Assembly (NCBI GenBank): GCA_934085825.1
Contig: CAKOHR010000001.1
Coordinates: 64,379-128,378, forward strand
Length of the DNA stretch: 64,000 nucleotides
Direction of reading: 5' to 3'
Source of the DNA: an uncultured Bacilli bacterium
Lineage (GTDB): Bacteria > Bacillota_I > Bacilli_A > RF39 > UBA660
How positions within the stretch are numbered: position 1 is the first letter of the stretch; every line of letters starts with the position of its first letter. The notes beneath the pieces were generated by a model that saw only the letters and a list, made by a program, of their open reading frames with translations, had not been told where the DNA came from and searched no databases. A program made the position numbers and the translations under genes. Of this stretch, positions 40,441-49,831 are shown one piece after another.

Positions 40441-42243
40441 ATGGATAAAATAATTAATATTGCTGTAGTAGCACACGTAGATGCTGGTAAATCAACTTTA
40501 GTAGATGGATTACTTAGACAAAGTGGTGTTTTTAGAGCAAATGAAGAATTAGTAGATTGTGTAATGGATAGCGGAGATATTGAAAAAGAAAGAGGTATTA
40601 CAATTACTGCCAAAAACTGTGCTATCAAATATAAAGATTATAAGATTAACATCGTGGATACTCCAGGTCATGCTGATTTTTCGAGTGAAATTGAAAGAGT
40701 TATTAAAACTGTTGATACAGTTATTTTACTTGTGGATTCTGCGGAAGGACCCATGCCTCAAACAAGATTTGTTTTAAAGGAAGCATTACAAAACAATTTA
40801 AAACCAATTCTATTTATTAATAAAATAGATAAAAAAGATCAAAGAGCTGAAGAAGTTGTTGATATGACATTTAATTTATTCATGGAACTTGGTGCAACAG
40901 ATGAACAACTTGATTTTCCAATTCTTTATGGTAGTGCTAGAAGTGGTTATGCAATTTATAATATGGGGGATGAAGGTAAAGATTTAACTCCATTATTTGA
41001 AACAATAGTAAATAATACTAAACCATTTGAGGGAAATGAAAATGATTCTCTTCAATTGCAAGTGTGTCAACTTGATTATGATGATTATATCGGTAGACTT
41101 GGTATTGGTAGAATTAATAAGGGAAAAATAAAATCAGGTGAAACTGTATCACTTGCAACAAATGAAGGAAAAGTTGAATCATTCAGAGTTACTAAATTGT
41201 TTGTAAATGAAGGAATTAAAAGAGTAGAAGTGCCTGTTGCATATTACGGTGATATAGTAACAGTTGCTGGTTGTGCTGATGTATCAATTGGTGATACAAT
41301 TTGTCAAAAAGATGTAATTAATCCACTTCCTAAAATTGTTATTGAAGAACCAACATTGTCTATGAATTTTTTAGTTAATAATTCTCCATTTGCTGGTCAA
41401 AGTGGTAAATTTTTAACAAGTAGACATTTAAAAGATAGACTTGAAAAAGAATTAGAAACTAATGTAGGTTTAAAAGTTGAACAACTTGAGGGTGCTGATG
41501 GTTTTAAAGTTAGTGGTCGTGGTGAACTTCATTTATCAATTTTACTTGAAAATATGAGAAGAGAAGGTTATGAATTATCTGTTTCTAAACCTGAAGTTAT
41601 TTTTAAAGAAATAGATGGCAAAAAGTGCGAACCATATGAAAAAGTTATAGTAAATGTACCAAATGAATATTCAGGAACTGTAATTAATTCATTGAATGAA
41701 AGAAAAGGTATTATGCAAAGCGTTACTCCAGGTGAAGTTGGATATACAAAAGTTGAATATTTAGTGCCTACCAGAGGATTAATTGGTTATCGTGGTTCAT
41801 TTATTACTGAAACAAAAGGTGAAGGTATCATGGTTCGTTCATTTGATTCATATGGACCTTATGCTGGACCTATTTCAGGACGTAAAAATGGTGTTCTTGT
41901 GTCTATGGTTAATGGTACAACATTTGGTTATTCTCTTTATAACTTAAGCAGTAGAGGAACAATGATTGTAGATCCATCTACTGATGTATATATTGGTATG
42001 ATTATTGGACTTGCTAATAAAGAAGGGGATTTAGATGTAAATCCATGTAAAAATAAGGAACTTACAAATACTAGAAGTGCTCATGCTGATGATGCTATAG
42101 TGTTAAATAAGGCTAAGAAATTTACATTGGAAGAAGCTTTAGAGTTTATTGAAGATGATGAGTATATTGAAGTTACACCAACAGAAATAAGGCTTAGAAA
42201 AAAATATTTAGATTCAAAAGAAAGATATAGAAGATCAAGATAA
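40441..42243 (+). CDS. typA: translational GTPase TypA/BipA
   Basis: AHVDAGKST, DTPGHADF and NKIDK G-motifs. About 600 aa, EF-G-like domain order. Confidence 0.9.
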   Translation: MDKIINIAVVAHVDAGKSTLVDGLLRQSGVFRANEELVDCVMDSGDIEKERGITITAKNCAIKYKDYKINIVDTPGHADFSSEIERVIKTVDTVILLVDSAEGPMPQTRFVLKEALQNNLKPILFINKIDKKDQRAEEVVDMTFNLFMELGATDEQLDFPILYGSARSGYAIYNMGDEGKDLTPLFETIVNNTKPFEGNENDSLQLQVCQLDYDDYIGRLGIGRINKGKIKSGETVSLATNEGKVESFRVTKLFVNEGIKRVEVPVAYYGDIVTVAGCADVSIGDTICQKDVINPLPKIVIEEPTLSMNFLVNNSPFAGQSGKFLTSRHLKDRLEKELETNVGLKVEQLEGADGFKVSGRGELHLSILLENMRREGYELSVSKPEVIFKEIDGKKCEPYEKVIVNVPNEYSGTVINSLNERKGIMQSVTPGEVGYTKVEYLVPTRGLIGYRGSFITETKGEGIMVRSFDSYGPYAGPISGRKNGVLVSMVNGTTFGYSLYNLSSRGTMIVDPSTDVYIGMIIGLANKEGDLDVNPCKNKELTNTRSAHADDAIVLNKAKKFTLEEALEFIEDDEYIEVTPTEIRLRKKYLDSKERYRRSR

Positions 42244-42269
42244 GACTTTAAAAGGTCTTATTTTTTTTG
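42241..42269 (+). terminator. rho-independent terminator after typA
   Basis: taagac tttaaaag gtctta hairpin plus T8. Confidence 0.5.
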
Positions 42270-42352
42270 AAAAAAATGGGGCGTTAGTAATTTGTTAAAT
42301 TTGGACTAGCTCATAAGATATAGTAAGAAGTAACCTTAAAGGAGGTGATATC

Positions 42353-42622
42353 TTGACTATATCATTATCAGTGGTCATAATGCTTGTAGCATATATTTTC
42401 GGAGCCATTACTAAAATATTTATAGAAAAACTACCTAATAATTTTATACCTATTCAAAATGTTGTAATAGGAGTAATTAGTGGTGTTATCTGTTACTTTT
42501 TAAAACTTGATGATAATTTACTTAACTCCATTTTAGTAGGACTTATGTCTACGATGAGTGCAGGCGGAATAGCAGATCTCATAGAAGTGAAAAAAACACA
42601 AGATAATGAAACTAAAGGTTAA
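42353..42622 (+). CDS. small hypothetical membrane protein
   Basis: 89 aa with two hydrophobic helices. Confidence 0.4.
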   Translation: MTISLSVVIMLVAYIFGAITKIFIEKLPNNFIPIQNVVIGVISGVICYFLKLDDNLLNSILVGLMSTMSAGGIADLIEVKKTQDNETKG

Positions 42623-42743
42623 ATGATTTTTCTATAAGCAAATGACAATTGTATGACTAATGTTTTTAATATCAATTTGTAGTTTGAAATTATTATAATT
42701 TTATGATAATATAAGTCTATATGAATGAAAAATTCATATAATA

Positions 42744-42861
42744 AAAAAAGAAACATTTGATTTTCATAGGTCAATGCTTACTTTTTTATGTAGATGATGT
42801 TTACTTGAACATTTATAATGACAAGTAAACATTTTTTTAATGAAGCAAAAATCAAATGTTT
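42744..42861. repeat. nested-palindrome repeat element, copy 1 (outer 15-20 bp inverted arms enclosing a terminator-like hairpin)
   Basis: The outer arm aaaaaagaaacatttgatttt (42744-42764) is the reverse complement of aaaatcaaatgtttc (42847-42861). The inner hairpin is gtttacttg (42799-42807) / caagtaaac (42822-42830), followed by TTTTTTT. The same architecture recurs at 51984-52172. Confidence 0.5.
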
Positions 42862-42942
42862 CAATATTTTTTGTAACAAAAATGTGACTATAAGTAAAAG
42901 AAAATATACTTTTATAAAATATAACTTTTTTATGCAAATGAT

Positions 42943-42980
42943 GTTTACTTGAACGTTTAAAGTTTAGGTAAACTTTTTTT
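42943..42980 (+). terminator. second gtttac...gtaaac hairpin plus T-run in the ATPase leader (attenuator-like)
   Basis: gtttac (42943-42948) ... gtaaac (42968-42973) followed by TTTTTTT, about 50 nt upstream of the ATPase start codon. Confidence 0.4.
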
Positions 42981-43030
42981 GTTCTACTTACGATAGCTTG
43001 TACATATTATTATTCTGGGAGGAAAGGCAC

Positions 43031-45613
43031 ATGGGATTAAATGAAAAAGAAGTAATTGAATCTAGAAAAAAATATGGTACAAATGAAATAACAAAACAAA
43101 AACAAAATACTTTTCTGCATTTATTACTAGAGTCACTCGGAGACCCAATTATTAAAATATTACTAATAGCTTTAGCAATTAAAGTTGTGGTATTATTCCG
43201 TGACTTTGATTGGTATGAAACAATAGGTATTTTGATAGCAATATTTTTAGCATCATTTATCTCAAGTATAAGTGAATATGGTTCTGAAAAAGCATTTTCT
43301 AGGCTTCAAGAAGAACAGTTGAAAACTACTGCCAAAGTAAAAAGAAATGGTAAAATATTAGAAATACCATCAGCTGAAATTGTAGTTGGGGATGTTGTTA
43401 TACTAAATAGTGGTGATAAAATACCTGCAGATGGTTATTTGATTAGGGGGACTTTAAGTGTTGATGAGTCAGCTTTAAATGGGGAAACTAAAGAAGCTAA
43501 AAAGGTCAGTAAAAACGGAGATGTTGTAGCAGATAATAATAGAGTTTTTCGTGGTTCAGTAGTTTATAATGGTGAAGCAGAAATGCAAGTTAGATTTATA
43601 GGTGATAAAACAATTTTAGGTAAGATTTCTCAAGAACTTCAAGAAGTTGTGCCTGAAAGTCCTCTCAAAATAAAGCTTAGAGGTTTAGCAAAAACAATTA
43701 GTAGAATTGGTTATATAGGTGCTATTTTAGCCTCGGTTTCCTATCTGTTCTCTAGTATCGTTCTTGAAAATAATTTTGACTTAGATTTGATTATTGCCAC
43801 AATTACTAATTTTCCAGTTATGTTTAATCATTTACTTTATGCTTTAACTTTATCAGTTACTATTATTGTAGTTGCAGTTCCTGAAGGTCTTCCCATGATG
43901 ATTACTTTGGTTTTATCAAGTAATATGAAAAAAATGCTTAAAGATAATGTGCTTGTTAGAAAATTGGTAGGAATAGAAACTTCCGGAAGTTTGAATGTTT
44001 TACTTACTGATAAAACTGGAACTTTAACTAAGGGAATTTTAAAAGTAACAGAATTTGTAACTCCAGATTTAAAGATATATAAATCTAATATGGAAATAAA
44101 AAAAAGTGTTAATTATGAAATATTATATTCTTCATTTTTTTATAATAATGCTAGTATGATTAGTGAAAATGGTGTAATTGGTGGTAATTCAACGGATAGG
44201 GCATTACTTAATTTTGTGGGTAAAAATAGTGAAATTAGTAAAAAAATAATAAGTAAAGTTCCTTTTGATAGTGCTATTAAATATAGTAGTGTAACTTTAA
44301 GTGATGGAACAATTCTTGTAAAAGGTGCTAAAGAAGTACTACTTTCTAAATGTAAAACTTATTTAAATAGTTTTGGCAAAGAAGTGATGCTTTTAAATAA
44401 AAAAAAGTTAGAGAATAAAATAGATAGTTATACAAAAACATCGGGAAGAGTTTTGATATTTGCCTATGGTAAATCTATGGATAATTTATGTTTACTTGGT
44501 TTTGTTAATATTAAAGATGAGTTACGGGATGAAGCTAAAGAAGGAATTAGACTTATTAAAAGTGCAGGTATAAAACCTATTATGATTACGGGGGATGCAG
44601 TAGATACAGCAGAATCTATTGCACGTGAGGTTGGTCTTATTGATATAAAAAGTAATCTTGTATTATCAAGTAGTGATTTAGAAAAATTAAGTGATGATGA
44701 AATAAAGAGTAAATTATCTAGTATAGCTGTTATAGCTAGAGCTCTTCCTCAAGATAAGAGTCGAATGGTTAGTATTATAGAAAGTATGGATTTAGTGGTT
44801 GGTATGACTGGTGATGGTGTAAATGATGCTCCAGCTTTAAAGAAAGCAAATGTTGGCTTTGCTATGGGAAGTGGAACTGAAGTAGCTAAAGAAGCTGCAG
44901 ATATTGTTATACTAGATAATAATATTCTATCAATTAGCAAGGCAATCTTGTATGGAAGAACTATCTTTAAAAGTATTAGAAAGTTTATAATTTATCAATT
45001 AACAGTTAATATGTGTGCACTCGTTTTATCAATAATTGGTTCTTTTATTGGGGTATCAACTCCGATTACAATTGTGCAAATGCTATGGCTTAATATGATT
45101 ATGGATACTTTTGCAGGGGTTGCATTTTCATTTGAAGCACCACTTGTTGAATATATGGAGGAACCCCCTAAGAAAAAAGATACACCAATTATGAATAAAT
45201 ACATGTATAGTGAAATAATATGGACAGGTATATACTCAGCATTTTTATGTATATTATTTTTAAAACTACCAATCTTTAAAACATTAATTAGAACTGGAGA
45301 AAATTCAAAATATTTAATGACAGCATATTTTGCAATGTTTATATTCATGGGAATATTTAATGCCTTTAATGCTCGAACAGTTAGAATAAATACTTTTGCT
45401 AATTTATCTAAAAATAAAGTTTTTATTGGCATATTTGGTTTTATATTTATAGCCCAGGTTTGGATTATTTATAATGGTGGAGATATTTTTAGAACTTATG
45501 GACTTAGGATAAATGAACTTATTTTAGTACTTTTACTTGCTTTAACAGTATTTCCAGTTGATTGGCTTCGTAAATATATTTTGAAAAAACGTGGTATTGC
45601 CATTAAAATTTAA
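43031..45613 (+). CDS. cation-transporting P-type ATPase (Ca2+-ATPase-like, P2 type)
   Basis: GGAGG RBS then ATG at 43031. DKTGTLT phosphorylation motif, TGDAVDTA, GDGVNDAPALKKA, and 10 TM helices. Confidence 0.85.
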   Translation: MGLNEKEVIESRKKYGTNEITKQKQNTFLHLLLESLGDPIIKILLIALAIKVVVLFRDFDWYETIGILIAIFLASFISSISEYGSEKAFSRLQEEQLKTTAKVKRNGKILEIPSAEIVVGDVVILNSGDKIPADGYLIRGTLSVDESALNGETKEAKKVSKNGDVVADNNRVFRGSVVYNGEAEMQVRFIGDKTILGKISQELQEVVPESPLKIKLRGLAKTISRIGYIGAILASVSYLFSSIVLENNFDLDLIIATITNFPVMFNHLLYALTLSVTIIVVAVPEGLPMMITLVLSSNMKKMLKDNVLVRKLVGIETSGSLNVLLTDKTGTLTKGILKVTEFVTPDLKIYKSNMEIKKSVNYEILYSSFFYNNASMISENGVIGGNSTDRALLNFVGKNSEISKKIISKVPFDSAIKYSSVTLSDGTILVKGAKEVLLSKCKTYLNSFGKEVMLLNKKKLENKIDSYTKTSGRVLIFAYGKSMDNLCLLGFVNIKDELRDEAKEGIRLIKSAGIKPIMITGDAVDTAESIAREVGLIDIKSNLVLSSSDLEKLSDDEIKSKLSSIAVIARALPQDKSRMVSIIESMDLVVGMTGDGVNDAPALKKANVGFAMGSGTEVAKEAADIVILDNNILSISKAILYGRTIFKSIRKFIIYQLTVNMCALVLSIIGSFIGVSTPITIVQMLWLNMIMDTFAGVAFSFEAPLVEYMEEPPKKKDTPIMNKYMYSEIIWTGIYSAFLCILFLKLPIFKTLIRTGENSKYLMTAYFAMFIFMGIFNAFNARTVRINTFANLSKNKVFIGIFGFIFIAQVWIIYNGGDIFRTYGLRINELILVLLLALTVFPVDWLRKYILKKRGIAIKI

Positions 45614-45662
45614 TTGCAAGTGTTATTACAGTTTGATATAATGAATGTAAGGAAGTGATCGT

Positions 45663-46112
45663 ATGGCAAAGTATTGTGAAAAATGTGGAAACAAAATAAA
45701 TGAAGAAGCTAAATATTGTGATGGATGTGGGGCTCAAGTAAGTTTTAATGATGAATATCCAAGTCATCCTAGATTTATTAAAAGAGATATTGTAATCGCT
45801 GTTATTTTATCTTTTTTGACTTGTGGTATTTATGGGGTTTATTGGTTTATAACCATGACAGATGATTCAAATACTTTAGCAGATAATAAGTCTGCTAGTG
45901 GGGGAATAGCATTTCTTTACTGTTTAGTTACATGTGGAATATATTTCTTTTATTGGAGTTATATGATGGGTAAAAAAATGTATGAAGCTGGAAGAAAATA
46001 TGGTAAATCCATTGATGATAATAGTATTTTATATTTGTTATTATCAGTATTTGGTTTAAGTTTAGTTAATTATTGTTTAATTCAAAATGATTTAAATAAA
46101 TTTGCGGATTAA
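45663..46112 (+). CDS. zinc-ribbon plus DUF4870-like membrane protein
   Basis: N-terminal CEKCG...CDGCG zinc ribbon, then two TM helices. Confidence 0.5.
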   Translation: MAKYCEKCGNKINEEAKYCDGCGAQVSFNDEYPSHPRFIKRDIVIAVILSFLTCGIYGVYWFITMTDDSNTLADNKSASGGIAFLYCLVTCGIYFFYWSYMMGKKMYEAGRKYGKSIDDNSILYLLLSVFGLSLVNYCLIQNDLNKFAD

Positions 46113-46474
46113 TGAAAAAGATAGTAGTATCAATATTAATATTAGTATTATTTATTTGTTATTTTTACATTTCTAAATATACGGGATTTGCTATTCCGTG
46201 TATTTTTCATGAGTTAACAGGATTTTATTGCCCAGGATGTGGGATAACAAGAATGTTTTTTTCAATATTAAAATGTGATTTTTATCAGGCTTTTAGGTAT
46301 AATCCTTTAGTATTTCTTTTATTAATATGTTTTATTGTTTATAAATTAATTAATTTAAAATTTAAAATAAAATTACCAAAATATACATCATATGTTTTAC
46401 TTGTAATTGTAATACTTTATGGTATATTAAGAAATATAGATGCTTTTGGATTTCTAAAACCTACGGTTGTATAA
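46112..46474 (+). CDS. DUF2752-like membrane protein
   Basis: CPGCGITR motif between TM helices. The start overlaps the upstream stop. Confidence 0.5.
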   Translation: MKKIVVSILILVLFICYFYISKYTGFAIPCIFHELTGFYCPGCGITRMFFSILKCDFYQAFRYNPLVFLLLICFIVYKLINLKFKIKLPKYTSYVLLVIVILYGILRNIDAFGFLKPTVV

Positions 46475-46538
46475 CAATATACAACTTGTTAGTAAATATT
46501 TGCTCAATTAGTTTTATAAAATATGGAGGTAAACAAAA

Positions 46539-47771
46539 ATGAAAAAGAAAAAAATATTAACTATAACTACTATAATTGTTATAGTATTACTTGGTATAAC
46601 ATTATTTATATTTTTAGAAAAAAAGGATATTAAAGAAAAAGAATCTAGCAATATTCAAACTAAAGAAGAAAAAATAAACATTAAAGAAAATGTTGAAGTA
46701 GAAATTAATAGTGAAGTTTTAAATATTAAAGATTTTTTTAAAAACAGTAATTTTTCCGATGAAGAAATAAATTATTTTGAAAATGATAAGAAAATTAAAT
46801 TTGATACCAAATATAATAAAATAGGAAGTTTTAAAGTAGTAATAAAAATAAATGATAAAAATTATGAAACAACTTTAAACGTAGTAGATAAATTAGCACC
46901 AACATTAAAATTAAAAGAATTAACAATTACACTAGGTGATAAATTTGAAATAAATTCTTTTGTAGAATCTTGCACTGATAATAGCGAAGAAGATTGCATT
47001 TTATCATATAAAGAAAATAAAAAATACACAAAAGTGGGAACTTATGACGTAACTATCATTGCTAAAGATAAGAGTGACAATGTAGTAGAAGAGACAACAA
47101 AATTAATTGTCAAAAATAAAAAAACTACAAATGAAACTCAAACAAATAATAATAATAATAATAATAATAATAAAGTGAAGTTTGTCAAAGAAGAAACTGA
47201 ATCAGTAAAAGAAACAAAAGAATTAAAATATGGTACAATATTAAATTCATGGCACGTTAAAACATACAAGTTGTATAGCGATGGATCTAAAAAGACAGTT
47301 AATGAATATACACATTATGAAGTTGATGGTACTAATTTTAATGCCAAAACAAGTGATATGTTACCTGAAGCGATAGAAAACATGAATATTTATAAAAATA
47401 TTGTTAATGATATTGTAAAATATACTAATGAGTTTAGAACTGAAGCTGGTAAAGAGCCATTAACACTTGATGAAACATTAACAAAAGCAGCTATGGTAAG
47501 AGCAATAGAAATGGCTTACTCAGATAAATTTTCTCACGAAAGACCTGATGGAAATATGTGCTATTATATAATGCGTGATTTTGGCCAAGATATTTATGGT
47601 GTAGGTGAAAATATAGCAAGTAGACAACGTAGTGCCAAAGAAGTTTCATATGCATGGAAAGGTTCTCAAGGCCATTATGAAAATATGATTTCTTCTTCAT
47701 TTACCAGAATAGGTGTTGGTGTAATTAATTTTTATGGTACATATTATTGGGTTCAATTATTTCAGTATTAG
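46539..47771 (+). CDS. secreted CAP (SCP/PR-1-like, YkwD-type) domain protein with poly-Asn tract
   Basis: Signal anchor. C-terminal CAP signature (FSHERPDG, HYENMISSSFTRIGVGV, YYWVQLF). N9 run encoded by (AAT)9. Confidence 0.7.
   Translation: MKKKKILTITTIIVIVLLGITLFIFLEKKDIKEKESSNIQTKEEKINIKENVEVEINSEVLNIKDFFKNSNFSDEEINYFENDKKIKFDTKYNKIGSFKVVIKINDKNYETTLNVVDKLAPTLKLKELTITLGDKFEINSFVESCTDNSEEDCILSYKENKKYTKVGTYDVTIIAKDKSDNVVEETTKLIVKNKKTTNETQTNNNNNNNNNKVKFVKEETESVKETKELKYGTILNSWHVKTYKLYSDGSKKTVNEYTHYEVDGTNFNAKTSDMLPEAIENMNIYKNIVNDIVKYTNEFRTEAGKEPLTLDETLTKAAMVRAIEMAYSDKFSHERPDGNMCYYIMRDFGQDIYGVGENIASRQRSAKEVSYAWKGSQGHYENMISSSFTRIGVGVINFYGTYYWVQLFQY
47145..47171. repeat. (AAT)9 trinucleotide microsatellite inside the CAP-domain gene
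   Basis: Nine perfect AAT units encoding Asn9. Confidence 0.9.
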
Positions 47772-47779
47772 GAGGTAAC

Positions 47780-48385
47780 ATGCAAAAAATAGATGTAGAA
47801 AATTTAAATAGAAAAAAGACTTATGAATGGTTTAAAACTTTTAGAAATTCAACCTACGGAATTAATTTAAATATAGATGTAACTAATTTAGTTAAGCTTT
47901 CGAAAGAAACTCATACTTTATTTTTCATTAATTTTTTGTTTATTTTAGTAAAATCTCTGAATAGTGTTGATGAAATGAAAATGAGATTTTTAAATAATGA
48001 AGCAGTTATATATGATGTTTGTAATCCTGGTATAACAGTTTTAACTAAAAATAATACTTTTGAAAATGTTAGATTTGACTATACTGATAATTATAAAGAG
48101 TTTTATAAAATTGCTAGAGAGAAAATTGATAAAGCTAAAAATGAAGATGCTTTAACAAATGATTCATATAATTTAACTGATAAATGGAATGAATATTATA
48201 TTACTAGTTTACCTTGGATTAGCTTTACTGGAGTAACACATCCTATTCCAGATGATATACATTCTCAAGTAGTACCAAGAATATGTTTTGGAAAGTATTT
48301 TTTAGATAGTGATAAGTATTTGGTACCATTTAATATAACAGTAAGTCATATATTTGTGGTGGATATCATATTTCAAAACTTTTAA
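47780..48385 (+). CDS. chloramphenicol-acetyltransferase (CAT)-family protein
   Basis: AGGAGG RBS then ATG at 47780. CAT-like N-terminus (KIDVENLNRKKTYEWFKTF) and a C-terminal SH..VVD region at the position of the catalytic His. Confidence 0.55.
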   Translation: MQKIDVENLNRKKTYEWFKTFRNSTYGINLNIDVTNLVKLSKETHTLFFINFLFILVKSLNSVDEMKMRFLNNEAVIYDVCNPGITVLTKNNTFENVRFDYTDNYKEFYKIAREKIDKAKNEDALTNDSYNLTDKWNEYYITSLPWISFTGVTHPIPDDIHSQVVPRICFGKYFLDSDKYLVPFNITVSHIFVVDIIFQNF

Positions 48386-48439
48386 ATGAAATGAATATCA
48401 ATTTAGAAAATGCCAAAGAATTATTAAAGGAGAATATAA

Positions 48440-49075
48440 ATGAAGAAAAATAGAATTTTAATAATAGTTTTGTTAGTAATCTTAGTAATATCCCTAGTAG
48501 GTATATTTTTATATAAAAAGTATAAAAGCGAAAATATAAAAGATATGTCTAAACTATGGTACATATATGAATTAAATGTTGATGAAATTAAAAATAATAT
48601 TGCAAAAACAATTGATTACAAAGAAAATACTGTATGTGGTAATATTAAAGACATTAAAATAAAGGATGAAAGTTATGAACTAGCATTAAATGAGTTAGCA
48701 TGTTATATAAATTTATATTATTATAATTTAACTGAGTATAATGAAAATTATCACAATTATATAATTAGTTATAAGGATAAAACTAAAATTAGTAAGAAAG
48801 ATATTTTAATTCTAAAAGATAATTTAAAAAAAGATACTTCCTTTTATAATAATTTAAAAAATATATTATTATATAAATTTGAAGAAAATGATAAAAAAGA
48901 TATGTTATTTAAAGAAATAAATAAATATTTGAGTGATTTTAATCCAGAGTATTATGATAATAAAAACTTAACTTATAAAGAAATATTTAACTTTAAATTA
49001 AGCGAAATATCATATGTTGCTCATTTATCAAATCTGGTAAATGAAGAAGTTCTAAACATAAAACTAGGCAAATAA
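48440..49075 (+). CDS. hypothetical membrane-anchored protein
   Basis: 211 aa with an N-terminal TM helix. Confidence 0.4.
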   Translation: MKKNRILIIVLLVILVISLVGIFLYKKYKSENIKDMSKLWYIYELNVDEIKNNIAKTIDYKENTVCGNIKDIKIKDESYELALNELACYINLYYYNLTEYNENYHNYIISYKDKTKISKKDILILKDNLKKDTSFYNNLKNILLYKFEENDKKDMLFKEINKYLSDFNPEYYDNKNLTYKEIFNFKLSEISYVAHLSNLVNEEVLNIKLGK

Positions 49076-49146
49076 AATACTAAAAGTTCTTGTCAAGGTA
49101 ATTTTAAATTGGTATTATATTATTATTGTTTTAAGGATGTTTTATT

Positions 49147-49467
49147 ATGGAATTATTTTGTATTAAACCATATGAATTAAGTTATTGTAATGGTTTTTCT
49201 TATTATACTGATGGAAGATATATTAATGTTAGTCCACATGTAAATAAAAAAGAAAAAGATTTTCTATTTTTTAAAAAAGAAGAAAAGTTACTTCATTGGT
49301 TTTATTTAAATGATGGTATACCAATTCCTAAAGTATATCGTGTAAAATATTGGGAGTCTTTCAAAGGTTTAAATGATGCAATTGAAATAACTATATTACA
49401 AACACAACACATGAAATTTATACTTTATGGAATAAAGCGTACAATCTTGAGTATGATTTTGATTTGA
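49147..49467 (+). CDS. hypothetical protein
   Basis: 106-aa ORF with no recognisable motifs. Confidence 0.3.
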   Translation: MELFCIKPYELSYCNGFSYYTDGRYINVSPHVNKKEKDFLFFKKEEKLLHWFYLNDGIPIPKVYRVKYWESFKGLNDAIEITILQTQHMKFILYGIKRTILSMILI

Positions 49468-49742
49468 GTGAAAAATATCAAAAAGATATTTAGAAAGAAA
49501 GTCCGATTAGTTTTTTAAATCTTTTACCATATTTTAAAGAATTTAAAAGAAGGGGTATCATATTTAAAAATGATGCATTAAATAATGAAATTACTTTGGA
49601 AAGTAATGAGGATATTTTTGATGCAGTTTGTGATATTGAATTTGAATCACAAATGATAAGAGATAAGGAAGTAATATTAAATAGAATAAATCCAAAGTAT
49701 AAAATAATTAGTTGGTTCTAAAATAATTGCGTTAAGCAGTCG

Positions 49743-49760
49743 TTTTTTTTTTTTTTTTTT
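49743..49760. repeat. T18 homopolymer tract about 70 nt upstream of the 49832 start
   Basis: 18 consecutive T on the plus strand. Confidence 0.9.
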
Positions 49761-49831
49761 GATGTAAACTTAGTATATAATATGATAAAACACGTGTGTG
49801 ATGTTGTCATGATAAGGAGAATAGGGATATT

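Noticed and set aside
42640-43030. Known metal riboswitch (M-box or yybP-ykoY) upstream of the P-type ATPase
   Set aside because: I could not find the conserved M-box or yybP-ykoY core sequences. The leader is instead dominated by the palindromic repeat element.
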